Assembly (NCBI RefSeq): GCF_964213995.1 | Contig: NC_135808.1 | Coordinates: 24,304,001-24,368,000 of the forward strand | DNA length: 64,000 nucleotides | DNA from: Mustelus asterias | Lineage: Eukaryota | Reading direction: 5' to 3' | Shown: positions 38,718-49,539 of the stretch, piece by piece | Layout: each line of letters starts with the position of its first letter | Numbering within the stretch: position 1 is the first letter of the stretch | Translations under genes and position numbers: made by a program | Notes under the pieces: generated by a model | Database searches by the model: none | What the model was told of the DNA's origin: nothing | What the model saw: the letters and a program-made list of their open reading frames with translations, nothing else

Positions 38718-39898
38718 GTCTCTCAGTGTGTGAGCTGTGTCCTCTCTGATACTGTCCCTCTCAGTGTGTGAGCTGTGTCCTCTGTGATACTGTCCCTCTC
38801 AGTGTGTGACCGATGTGCTGTACTGATCCTGTCCCTCTCAGTGTGTGAGCTGTGTCCTGTACCGATACTGTCCCTCTCAGTGTGTGAGCTGTGTCCTGTA
38901 CTGATACTGTCCCTCTCAGTCTGTGAGCTGTGTCCTGTACTGATACTGTCCCTCTCAGTCTGTGAGCTGTGTCCTGTATTGATACTGTCCCTCTCAGTCT
39001 GTGAGCTGTGTCCTGTACTGATACTGTCCCTCTGTGTGTGAGCTGTGTCCTGTACTGATACTGTCCCTCTCAGTCTGTGAGCTGTGTCCTGTATTAATAC
39101 TGTCCCTCTCAGTGTGTGAGCTGTGTTCTGTATTAATACTGTCCCTCTCAGTGTGTGAGCTGTGTTCTGTACTGATACTGTCCCTCTCAGTATGTGAGCT
39201 GTGTCCTGTACTGATACTGTCCCTCTCAGTGTGTGAGCTGTGTTCTGTACTGATACTGTCCCTCTCAGTGTGTGGGCTGTGTCCTGTACTGATACTGTCC
39301 CTCTCAGTATGTGAGCTGTGTCCTGTACTGATACTGTCCCTCTCAGTATGTGAGCTGTGTCCTGTACTGATACTGTCCCTCTGTGTGTGAGCTGTGTCCT
39401 GTATTGATACTGTCCCTCTCAGTCTGTGAGCTGTGTCCTGTACTGATACTGTCCCTCTCAGTATGTGAGCTGTGTCCTGTACTGATACTGTCCCTCTGTG
39501 TGTGAGCTGTGTCCTGTACTGATACTGTCCCTCTCAGTCTGTGAGCTGTGTCCTGTATTAATACTGTCCCTCTCAGTGTGTGAGCTGTGTTCTGTACTGA
39601 TACTGTCCCTCTCAGTGTGTGGGCTGTGTCCTGTACTGATACTGTCCCTCTCAGTATGTGAGCTGTGTCCTGTACTGATACTGTCCCTCTCAGTATGTGA
39701 GCTGTGTCCTGTACTGATACTGTCCCTCTGTGTGTGAGCTGTGTCCTGTATTGATACTGTCCCTCTCAGTCTGTGAGCTGTGTCCTGTACTGATACTGTC
39801 CCTCTCAGTCTGTGAGCTGTGTCCTGTACTGATACTGTCCCTCTCAGTGTGTGAGCTGTGTCCTGTACTGATACTGTCCCTCTCAGTCTGTGAGCTGT
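38718..39898. repeat. 39-bp minisatellite, about 30 copies (CTGTGTCCTGTACTGATACTGTCCCTCTCAGTGTGTGAG)
   Basis: Tandem array visible directly; 13-aa periodicity in the ORF track; occasional 35-bp variant units. Confidence 0.97.
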
Positions 39899-41049
39899 TT
39901 GCTGAAATTATTTCATGCTCCTTTTAATTTACATATGCTCATATTAATTGGACACAAAATACCATTGAAGCAATCAGGATAAAAACAGATCTTAGCTCGT
40001 CGAGACCCATTTGAGAAAGTTACTGTCTTTAGTCAGGAATGAATCAATTTGAAAAAGTGGAGAGTTGATCGGGCAGAGTTAAATTGAAAGTTAAAATGGT
40101 GCACAAAGTAACAGTATTTGGAGATTTGATGCTTGGATCAGAGTCGGGAAATTGGAATGTTTGGGAGAAAGTCGACAGGAAGGAACAAATAGTGAGAGAT
40201 CACGGAGATTTGAGACCAAAGATTAGATTATTGAATCAGGATGAAGAAATGGATCTCGCTGCTTTTCAGAAATGGGCTGTTGATGTCTGGTTGGTGGAAT
40301 ATCAGAAGCAGGTTAGAAAAAAGCAATTAAAGAAACTCACAGTAAAGTTTAAAATACTGTGTGAACAACCAAGTTGTTTATGTTCAGAGATATTCTGATT
40401 TGTAAACAAACAACTGTTCCTTTTACATTATGAATATCTCTCCGTTCTGCACACGGATCTAAAGGATGTGAAGCAGTCTGTGTCTGTGTGGGTGACACGG
40501 TGGCACAGTGGTTAGTGCTGCTGCCTCACAGTGCCAGCGACCCGGATTCAATTCTGACCTTGGCTGACTGCTGGATTGGAGTTTGCATAAAATGCTCTCA
40601 CAGAGAGTCAGCATGGATGTGAAGGGCTGAATGGCCTCCTTCTGCACTTTCGGAAATCTTTGGGGTGCAAGAAGTGAACAAAATTTAGGCTTAGGTTGAG
40701 AAGTGAAAAATTACATTCACACCCACAAGTGCCAGGCAATGGCCATCTCTGACAAGAGAGAATCTAACCATCTTTCCTTGACTTTTGGAATCACAGATGT
40801 TTTATGGTGAAAAGGAGGCCATTTTGCCCATCGTGTTTGCACTGGCTCTGCAAACGAGCATTGTGGCTGAGCGCCTTTTAAACATTCAATTATCTGTGAT
40901 TCAATGGCATTACTATCACTGAATCCCCCACTATGAACATCCTGGGGATTACCATTGTCCAGAAACTGACCTGGACCAGCCACAGAAACACTGTAGCTGC
41001 AAGAGTGGGTCAGAGGCTGGGAATTTTGTGGAGAGTTTAAATTTTAAGA

Positions 41050-41340
41050 TTATTATTTGTGTCACAAGTATTCTTGCATCAACACTGCAATGAAGTAACT
41101 GTGAAAATCCCCTTGTCGCCACACTCCGGCACCTGTTCGGGTACACGAGGGGGAATATAGCATGGGCACTGCACGTAACCAGCATGATTTTCAGACTGTG
41201 GGAGGAAATCGGAGCTCTGGTAGGAAATGAACGCAGACACGGGAGAACATACAGACTCCTCACAGACAGTAACCCAAGCAAGGAATGGAACTCAGTCCCT
41301 GACTCTGTGAGGCAGCAGTGCGAACCACTGTACCACCAGC
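41050..41340 (-). mobile_element. tRNA-derived SINE, HE1-related head with an alternative tail
   Basis: Same head as HE1; tail gggattttcacagttacttcattgcagtgttg; a second copy lies at 43165-43460. Confidence 0.7.
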
Positions 41341-41583
41341 CCCAGTAACATCTCTTGGGTAAGATGCTCTTTGGGAGAGTTGGTGCAGTGGTGCAGACTC
41401 GATGGGCCGAATGGCCTCTTTCTGCGCTGTCGGGAGTCTCTAGTTAAACTCTGGTTGAGTTGTGTTGAGACATTCAATAAAGAGAGACCGGGGCGTGGTT
41501 GTTGATGTTCTGTGAATTCCTGTTGAAGTTGGAAGATTCTGGGTGAACTGAGGCAGTTTGATGCTGTTGTCGGATTGGAACCG

Positions 41584-41924
41584 AAACGCGCCATTTACCG
41601 GTCCAGGCAGCGGGCGATCGAGGGGGCCGTCCATCCTGACTGTCTTCCCCTCTACCGCGGCTACGTTCGCGGCCAGGTGTCCCTGGAGAGGGAGCATGCG
41701 GTGTCCACGGGTGAGGTTGACGCTTTCCGCGCCCGCTGGGCACCGCAGGGGTTGGGGTGCATTATTGACCCTAATAATCACATTTTAATTTGATGTTTTT
41801 AAGTTTCCTTTGTATTTTGATTTCTGTTCGGGCTGTTCCCCCTCCTTTTTGGGGAGCTGCCCCTTTTACTTTGTCCTGATTTAATCTGAGTTTGTTTACT
41901 TGGTTTGGTTTGACCTAAAAAGAG
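41584..41924 (+). mobile_element. Tx1-like (L1 clade) non-LTR retrotransposon 3' fragment with 15-bp TSD
   Basis: ORF2 C-terminus AIYRSRQRAIEG...LYRGYVRGQVSLEREHAVSTGEVDAFRARWAP; T-rich 3' UTR; gtcggattggaaccg at 41569-41583 and 41925-41939. Confidence 0.75.
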
Positions 41925-43164
41925 GTCGGATTGGAACCGCGGGGAGACAGACCTGGGGCAATGCCATTGGGATGATGGAAAATGAGCTGCTGGATTGATT
42001 GTTGTCGGAAAGAGAGAAAGTTAAAATAAGTTTCAAATCAAAACCGTGACTGAAGCGGATCCTCGGCTTCCGGGTGGGAAAATTAAACAGAGAAATTCCA
42101 GTGAAATAGAAATTAGAGTGAGTGAAAGGAAATTCAGATTGTGTCCCCAGAATTGAGAAAATAAAACAAGTTTTACTTTTTAAGTTGAAAAAGTTTGTAA
42201 AAGTTTTGGAATTGAAACACACTCCGCCCTCTGTTTCAATGTAACAATCTTCAATATTTCCTTTTCTGTTATTTGTGAAACGTGGTCTTCCCTTAATTTC
42301 AATAACACATTCGTGAAGAAAGAAGATGTGATGGAATTTATTTTATCCCCTGATAAAAGGCACGTTTTTAATGTTGAAAAGATCCACAGTGAAACTTGAA
42401 GTGATGTGAGAAAGAATTGTGTGTTCAGATGTGAGTGTGTAAACTCTAACGTGTTTTCCTGAAAATGGTGAGGTCTAAAGGGGGAGAACAGTTTTAAGTT
42501 TTGGAACTGGAAACTTGTTACCGGCTCCCATGAAACTCTGTTGAAACGGGTGAAACATGTGGGATTTCTAATCCAGATACAAATCCACATCTGTCAGAGT
42601 GGGGTCGTTTTTTTAGGTTTGAAGGTTTAATTTTGAATTGAGGAGCTGAATTTAAGGTGATTGTTGATGGATTATTCTTGTGTTTAAAATATTCAGAAAA
42701 ACAACCCTGGGGAACAATTGAGACTTTATCTTCTAATCCATTTTGCTCTCAGGTTTTATTGAAAAGTAGTCAGTTTGAAATGGTGAATCCACAAGACTTG
42801 AAGAAATATCTTTGTTCTGCTGAAACCGCCATTACTCTGAGAACATTGTAACCCAGTCTCTTTCTGAAATCGTGGTGACAGTGAATTTCTTCCCCAAACG
42901 AGTTTTAATTTGGAGTGGACCCATTTAGCTCCGAGCAGGATGAGCCTTTTGTGTTGGTTTTATAAACACACACACACACACGCAGGTGACAATTGCGTTC
43001 AGTACTGAAAAGTGTAACAATATTTCCAGCAGCTACAAGAATTTGGAAACATATTTGCAGACACCGATTTGACACAAAGGCTCTGATATTTCAAAGATGT
43101 TTGTTATTTCCCGAGAAAGTGCTTGGGAATGGGAGATCTTGACGGAAACACACTTACCAATGAA

Positions 43165-43460
43165 GTTTATTTATTAGTGTAACAAGTAGGCTTACATTAA
43201 CACTGCAATGAAGTTACTGTGAAAATCCTCTTGTCGCCACACTCCAGCGCCTGTTCGCGTACACTGAAGAAGAATTTAGCCTGGCCAATGCATCTAACCA
43301 GCACATCTTTTGGACTGTGGGAGGAAACCGGCGCACCCAGAGGAAACCCACGCAGGCACGGGGAGAACGCACAGATTCCGCACAGACAGTGACCCAAGCC
43401 GGGAATCGAACCCGGGTAACTGGCACTGTGAGGCAGCAGTGCTGTTCACCATGCTACCCC
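43165..43460 (-). mobile_element. tRNA-derived SINE, HE1-related head with an alternative tail
   Basis: Reverse-complement V-domain body; tail cctacttgttacactaataaataaact. Confidence 0.75.
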
Positions 43461-44752
43461 ATACACTCATTTAAAGAAACATGAAGAGACAACAGAAGAA
43501 ATTGGAATTCATGAATTTAATACATGTGAATGAATACTTTAAAATGCTCAAGGAGAAATTTGCTGGGAATTAAAATACACGTTAGCTCCTTTCTATGAAT
43601 GTTAAGAAATAAACTATACATGGGGCTATCTGAAATTGAGATGATTTGGAAAATATCAGTTTCACATAGTCTTCTGCTGAAGTAATGAGATGTTACCCGA
43701 GTTAAGGAGCTAACATGTTAGTGCCAGGAATCAAATTCAATGTCAATGTCAAAAAAGAAAATGTTATATTGGACTGTCAGTAATCTCCAGGGCTCACGGA
43801 TGGGATCAGATGGAAACTAATGGGGTGTTTGTCTGAGAAAAATGATTGAGAGTCAGTGTTAGGAAACATACACACAACACACACACCACCAACTTCGGAT
43901 AAATCGTCATGGGTGTAATTTGGTACTGATATATATTTTAGAGAAAGGAAAATCTAGATTAAACTGTTAATTTGCTAACTTACGCTTGGTGGTGTCTTTG
44001 CCCTTGATTTCTTTAAAATGACAGTTGATAGGCTGGCCATTACCAAAGGCCCTGGGACTGTGCATTGGGGTGGAAGCAAAGACTCCACAAGAGGTCCCCT
44101 AACTCCCCCTCCTCCACCTCCCCGCCATGTCTAGAAATGATGTTCGGATACTAATGCAAGTGTGATTGGATGTGTCATTCTGTTATGTGTGAAGTTAGAA
44201 ATGCATGATCAGTGAGGTGAGGCTTCAGTCTGAGTCGGACAGTAAATTTGGGAATGTGGGTCCAAGTGGAAATTCAACTCATAGATCTTTTACACGTTCA
44301 AATGTAGAGTAAATGCCAGATTCTGACCTAAACCAGCAGCCTTTAAGTAAATTAAATCTGGTTGGTTAATTACCAATGCCCAGGGAGCTCATATTCAATG
44401 AGTCCTACTGGGAAGTCAATGACTGATTCCCCATGCAAGTCATGGGGATGATCACACAATAAAGTGGCCCTTTTACAGGTATATCTCAAATATCTCTCTC
44501 TTTGACTGTGGAAGTCAGCCAAGTCAACAAGGAATGCAGCTCAATAGAAAACTGGGAAATTCGCCACTGAACAATGGAATACTGGATTCACAAAATCAAC
44601 TATTCACCTGCTGATGTCAACTCTACTTGGAGCTCGAATCGCAACAGTTGTACAGTGCAATCAAACTCAACTCAGAGCTATTGCTTAACGGGCCAGACCA
44701 TTCCTCCGAGCGGACGGCACAGGGCCACATCCACAGGCTGCTCTGAGTTCAA

Positions 44753-47218
44753 CATGCATTTACCCTAGGTAGTCCCCCTGACACTAAGGGGCAATTTTAG
44801 CATTGCCAGTCCACCTAACCCGCATATCTTTGGACTGTGGGAGGAAACTGGAGCACCCAGAGGAAACCAACACAGACACGGGGAGAATGTGCAAACTCCA
44901 CACAGACAGTGTCCCAAGCTGGGAATTGAACCCAGGTCCCTGGCTCTGTGAGGCAGCAGTGCTCACCATTGCGCCACCCATGTCTTGAAATGTTCTCCAC
45001 TGCAGTGGTGTTACCCTACCCCAGCAATATTAGTTTTGTATTGAAGGTTTCACAGAGGCAGGAAGTGAAAGACATTGGAGCAAAGTTACAGATTGCAGAA
45101 ACAAGTGACTGAGTTTGCAGTGAACGAGACAGGTTCCTCGAGTTTGTGCAGGATGATAGGGCAGATCAGAATAGCTTTAAATGTGCAGCTCCAGATAGAG
45201 GAATTCCTGACAAACCATTACCACAGTTCCATTTACAGAGTCACAAATATGGAACTTGAATCAGTTGGTCGCTGTCAGCTCAATGACAGCAGATCTTCCC
45301 TCATTCTCTTGTCCACTGCTGTTCTCAGGGACTGCTACCTCTGGATTACACTGCCTGGCCCGCACTGGGGATGAGAAAGAAATACATCACTTTAGAGTGA
45401 GGCAAACCCAGCAGAGCTGGAGCACCCCCAACAAAACCCATCAGATCCACCCAACTCCCACATTGGGTGCTGGACACAGCATCTTAATTGGCCAGCTCTA
45501 TAAACAACTACCCAGCAGACACTCCTTCTGCTGGATCTTAATCAGCTCCCCCAACAGTGTGCTGAGCCCAAGGCAGCTCTGTCAAAGAGGATGCCGCAGT
45601 GGAACCACCTGGTGACAAGCTGCAGTGATGCAGCTGAAGTGGGTAGATGAACATTGCACGCCCTCCACCTAGATCCTGCTGGGTCATTTCCAAAGACATT
45701 TAAGAGACAACCACATTGCTGTGGGTCTGGAGTCACATGCAGGCCAGACCAGGTAAGGATGGCAGATTTCCTTCCCTCAACGACAGCAGTGAACAAGATG
45801 GGTTTTTACAACAATTAACAATGGTTTCAGGGTCATCATTAGACTTTTAATTCCAGATTTTATTTTTTCTTGAGTTCAAATTCCACCCTCTGTCTTGGTG
45901 GGATTCAAATCTAAGTTCCCAGAAATGTATCCTGTGTCTCTGGATTACTAGTCCAGTTGCAATCCCTCTACACTGCTGGCAGCCCAAATTCCACATGGAA
46001 CTACCGGACATGTGTCACACACCTGTGTGGTGGGTTATCAAAATCAGGAATTACAGCTTGGGGAGGTGGAACTGGACAAGACCGCGAAGATTACTTACTG
46101 TCACCTTCATGCATCTTCCAGGTTTTAATCTGGAATGAGAGGCTGCAATTATACAAGAACATTGTGATCCAGTTAAAGAGATGTGCAAAGTACTCATTTA
46201 ACCTTAACTGATAATCCCTGGGTGGGAACATTTTTCTAAAATCCATCTACACACATCCACCACATTTTCCCATCATCATGTCTGTTACCATCTCAAAGAA
46301 TACTCGGACGTTTGACAAGCACCATCTTCCCTTTTGAAATCTGTTCTTGCTGCTAATTTATTGTTACTAATTCCTCTTGATGTGCATTTCTGGTCATTTC
46401 TTCTCAAATTCATAGAATCCTACAGTGCAGAAGGAGGCCATTCAGCCCATCGTGTTTGCACTGACCACAATCCCACCCAGACCCCTCTCACCGCAACCCA
46501 TGCATTTACCCCAGCTAGTCCCCCTGACACTAAGGGGCAATATTAGCATTGCCAATCCACCTAACCCACACATCTTTGGACTGTGGGAGGAAAGTGGAGC
46601 ACCCGGAGGACACCCGCGCAGACATGGGGAGAATGTGCAAACTCCACACAGAAAGTGACCCAAGCTGGGAATTGAATCCAGGTCCCTGGCGCTGTGAAGC
46701 AGCGGTGCTAACCACTGTGCCACCGTGACACCCATGTCTTGAAATATTCTCCACTGCAGTGGTGTTACCCTACCCCAGTAATATTAGTTTTGTATTGAAG
46801 ACTTTGCAGAGGCAGGAAGTGAAAATAAATCATTTATTGCAGACATTGCAGCAAAGTTACAGATTGCAGTTTGCAGTGAACGAGACAAGTTCCTAGAATT
46901 TGTGCAGGATGATAGGGCAGATCAGAATAGCTTAAGAAGTGCAGCTCCAAATCGGGGAATTCCTGACAAACCATGACCACAGTTCCATTTACAGAGTTAC
47001 AAATTTGGAACTTGAATCAGTTAGTCACTGTCAGCTGGATGACATCACATCTTCCCTCATTCTCTTGTCCACTGCTGTTCTCAGGGACTGGTACCTCTGG
47101 ATTCACTGCCTGGCCCGCACTGGGGATGAGAAAGAAATACATCACTTTAGAGTGAGGCAAACCCAGCAGAGCTGGAGCACCCCCAACAAAACCCATCAGA
47201 TCCACCCAACTCCCACAT
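44753..47218. repeat. Local direct duplication of about 710 bp (copy A 44753-45463, copy B 46499-47218)
   Basis: Both copies share an HE1 SINE, the same SINE/flank junction (cacccatgtcttgaaat) and about 480 bp of non-repeat sequence. Confidence 0.9.
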
Positions 47219-48014
47219 ATACCAACAGCAAAGTCCATCAGATGCCTCACGCCTAATAATGCAGAAACCTGGAAATAGTACAGAGAGTGTCGGGGTGAAA
47301 TTAAAAAGGAAATCAGAAAAGTAAAGAGAGGGCATGAAAAATGCTGCCAAGACAATATCAAAGAACCTCCAAAGATGTTGTATAAGTACATGAAGAGAAA
47401 AGGATAAGGAAAGGGGTGAACTTTTTGGAGACCAATAAGATAACCTGTGTGAGAGGGTGGAGAATGTGGTGAGGTTGTGAATAAATACATTGCCACTGTC
47501 TTTGGGAAACGGAGCAATGCTGACATTGCAGTTAAGGGAGAAAGGTGTGAATTACTGCATCAGATAAACATTGTAAGAGAGGATGTATTCAGGGATCTTA
47601 CAAGTTTGAGAGGAGATAAATCACCAGATTGAAAGAAGCAAAGGAGGGAATTGCAGAGGCTCCGATCATCAGAATCATTCCTCTCGGGCTACAGGAGAGT
47701 GAATGGAGATGAAAGGACTGACAGCATTACACCATGGATTGAAAAGGGAAGAAGGGGCAATCTGAGTAATTATACACCAGTTAGTTTAACTTCGGTGGTG
47801 GGAAAATTATTGGAATTAATAATTCCAATGTGATGAAGTATAAACCTTCATTTAGAAAGGCACAGATTAATCAAGAGACGTTAGCGTGGATTTAAGGTGA
47901 GCTCATCGCGGGCGAAATGGATTGAAAATATGGAAGAAGTGAGAAGGAGGCTTGATGAGCTCAAACCCATCAGACCCCTAAACGCCAGCACAATTAATCC
48001 GAGCAACAAACACG

Positions 48015-49185
48015 AGACCCTCACTCCCGCACTCATCCAAACCCCTCACTCCCACACTGACCCCAGTCCCCCACTCCCACACTGACCCCAGTCCCCCACT
48101 CCCACACTGACCCCAGTCCCCCACTCCCACACTGACCCCAGTCCCCCACTCCCACACTGACCCCAGTCCCCCACTCCCACACTGACCCCATGTCCCCCAC
48201 TCCCACACTGACCCCATGTCCCCCACTCCCACACTGACCCCATGTCCCCCACTCCCACACTGACCCCAGTCCCCCACTCCCACACTGACCCCAGTCCCCC
48301 ACTCCCACACTGACCCCAGTCCCCCACTCCCACACTGACCCCAGTCCCCCACTCCCACACTGACCCCATGTCCCCCACTCCCACACTGACCCCATGTCCC
48401 CCACTCCCACACTGACCCCATGTCCCCCACTCCCACACTGACCCCAGTCCCCCACTCCCACACTGACCCCAGTCCCCCACTCCCACACTGCCCCGAGCCT
48501 CCCACTCCCACACTGACCCGAGCCTCCCACTCCCACACTGACCCGAGCCCCTCACTCCCACACTGACCCGAGCCCCTCACTCCCACACTGACCCAAGCCC
48601 CCCACTCGCACACTGACCCGAGCCCCTCACTCCCACACTGACCCGAGCCCCCTCACTCCCACACTGAGCCGAGTCCCCCACTCCCACACTGACCCGAGCT
48701 CCTCACTCCCACACTGACCCGAGCCCCCTCACTCCCACACTGACCCGAGTCCCCCACTCCCACACTGACCCGAGTCCCCCACTCCTACACTGACCCGAGC
48801 CTCCCACTCCCACACTGACCCGAGCCCCTCAGTCCCACACTGACCCGAGCCCCTCACTCCCACACTGACCTGAGCCCCCCACTCCCACACTGACCCAAGC
48901 CCCTCACTCCCACACTGACCCCAGCCCCTCACTCCCACACTGACCCGAGCCCCTCACTCCCACACTGACCCCAGCCCCTCACTCCCACACTGACCCGAGC
49001 CCCCCACTCCCACACTGACCCAAGCCCCTCACTCCCACACTGACCCCAGCCCCTCACTCCCACACTGACCCGAGTCCCTCACTCCCACACTGACCCGAGT
49101 CCCCCGCTCCCACACTGACCCGAGTCCCCCACTCCCACGCTGACCCAATCCCCCCACTCCCAAACTGACCCAATCCCCTCACTCC
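48015..49185. repeat. 25-bp C-rich minisatellite (CCCACACTGACCCCAGTCCCCCACT and variants)
   Basis: Tandem array visible directly; a shorter sister array lies at about 50475-50705. Confidence 0.97.
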
Positions 49186-49434
49186 TGCAGTGATCTGGGA
49201 CCCTCACTGATGCCCTCAACTCTTCATCCAACATGAGACCCCAGAATTCTCAAACTCTCCCCCTTTATCATGAGCCCTTCACCCTTCCTATCCCAACCCT
49301 GGGGCTCTCCCACCCACTCTGTGACCTCCTCCACACCAACCTGTGACCCACAGCCTGAGCCACCCCCACCCTGGAATACTCTCCCACAATCCCTCCCCCC
49401 AGTGAGGAGCTGCTCTTTTCCCTCCAATTCCTAC

Positions 49435-49539
49435 CTTTCTTGTTGTAGATGACGACAGCCACAATGATGAGAGCGATGAGCACGAGGACCCCGACCACAA
49501 TCCCGACAGTAACAGCAACCTGGGAGCGAGACTTTGGTT
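49435..49539 (-). CDS. MHC class I connecting-peptide/transmembrane exon
   Basis: ctctctaacag| (E)PKSRSQVAVTVGIVVGVLVLIALIIVAVVIYNKK G|gtagga. Confidence 0.82.

Noticed and set aside
38775-39927. Cys-rich repetitive ORFs (CELCPVLILSLSV)n
   Set aside because: Translation of a 39-bp minisatellite, frameshifted by 35-bp units, with no splice or start context
47978-48938. Gly/Trp-rich ORFs in all three minus frames
   Set aside because: Artefact of a 25-bp minisatellite that lacks stop codons
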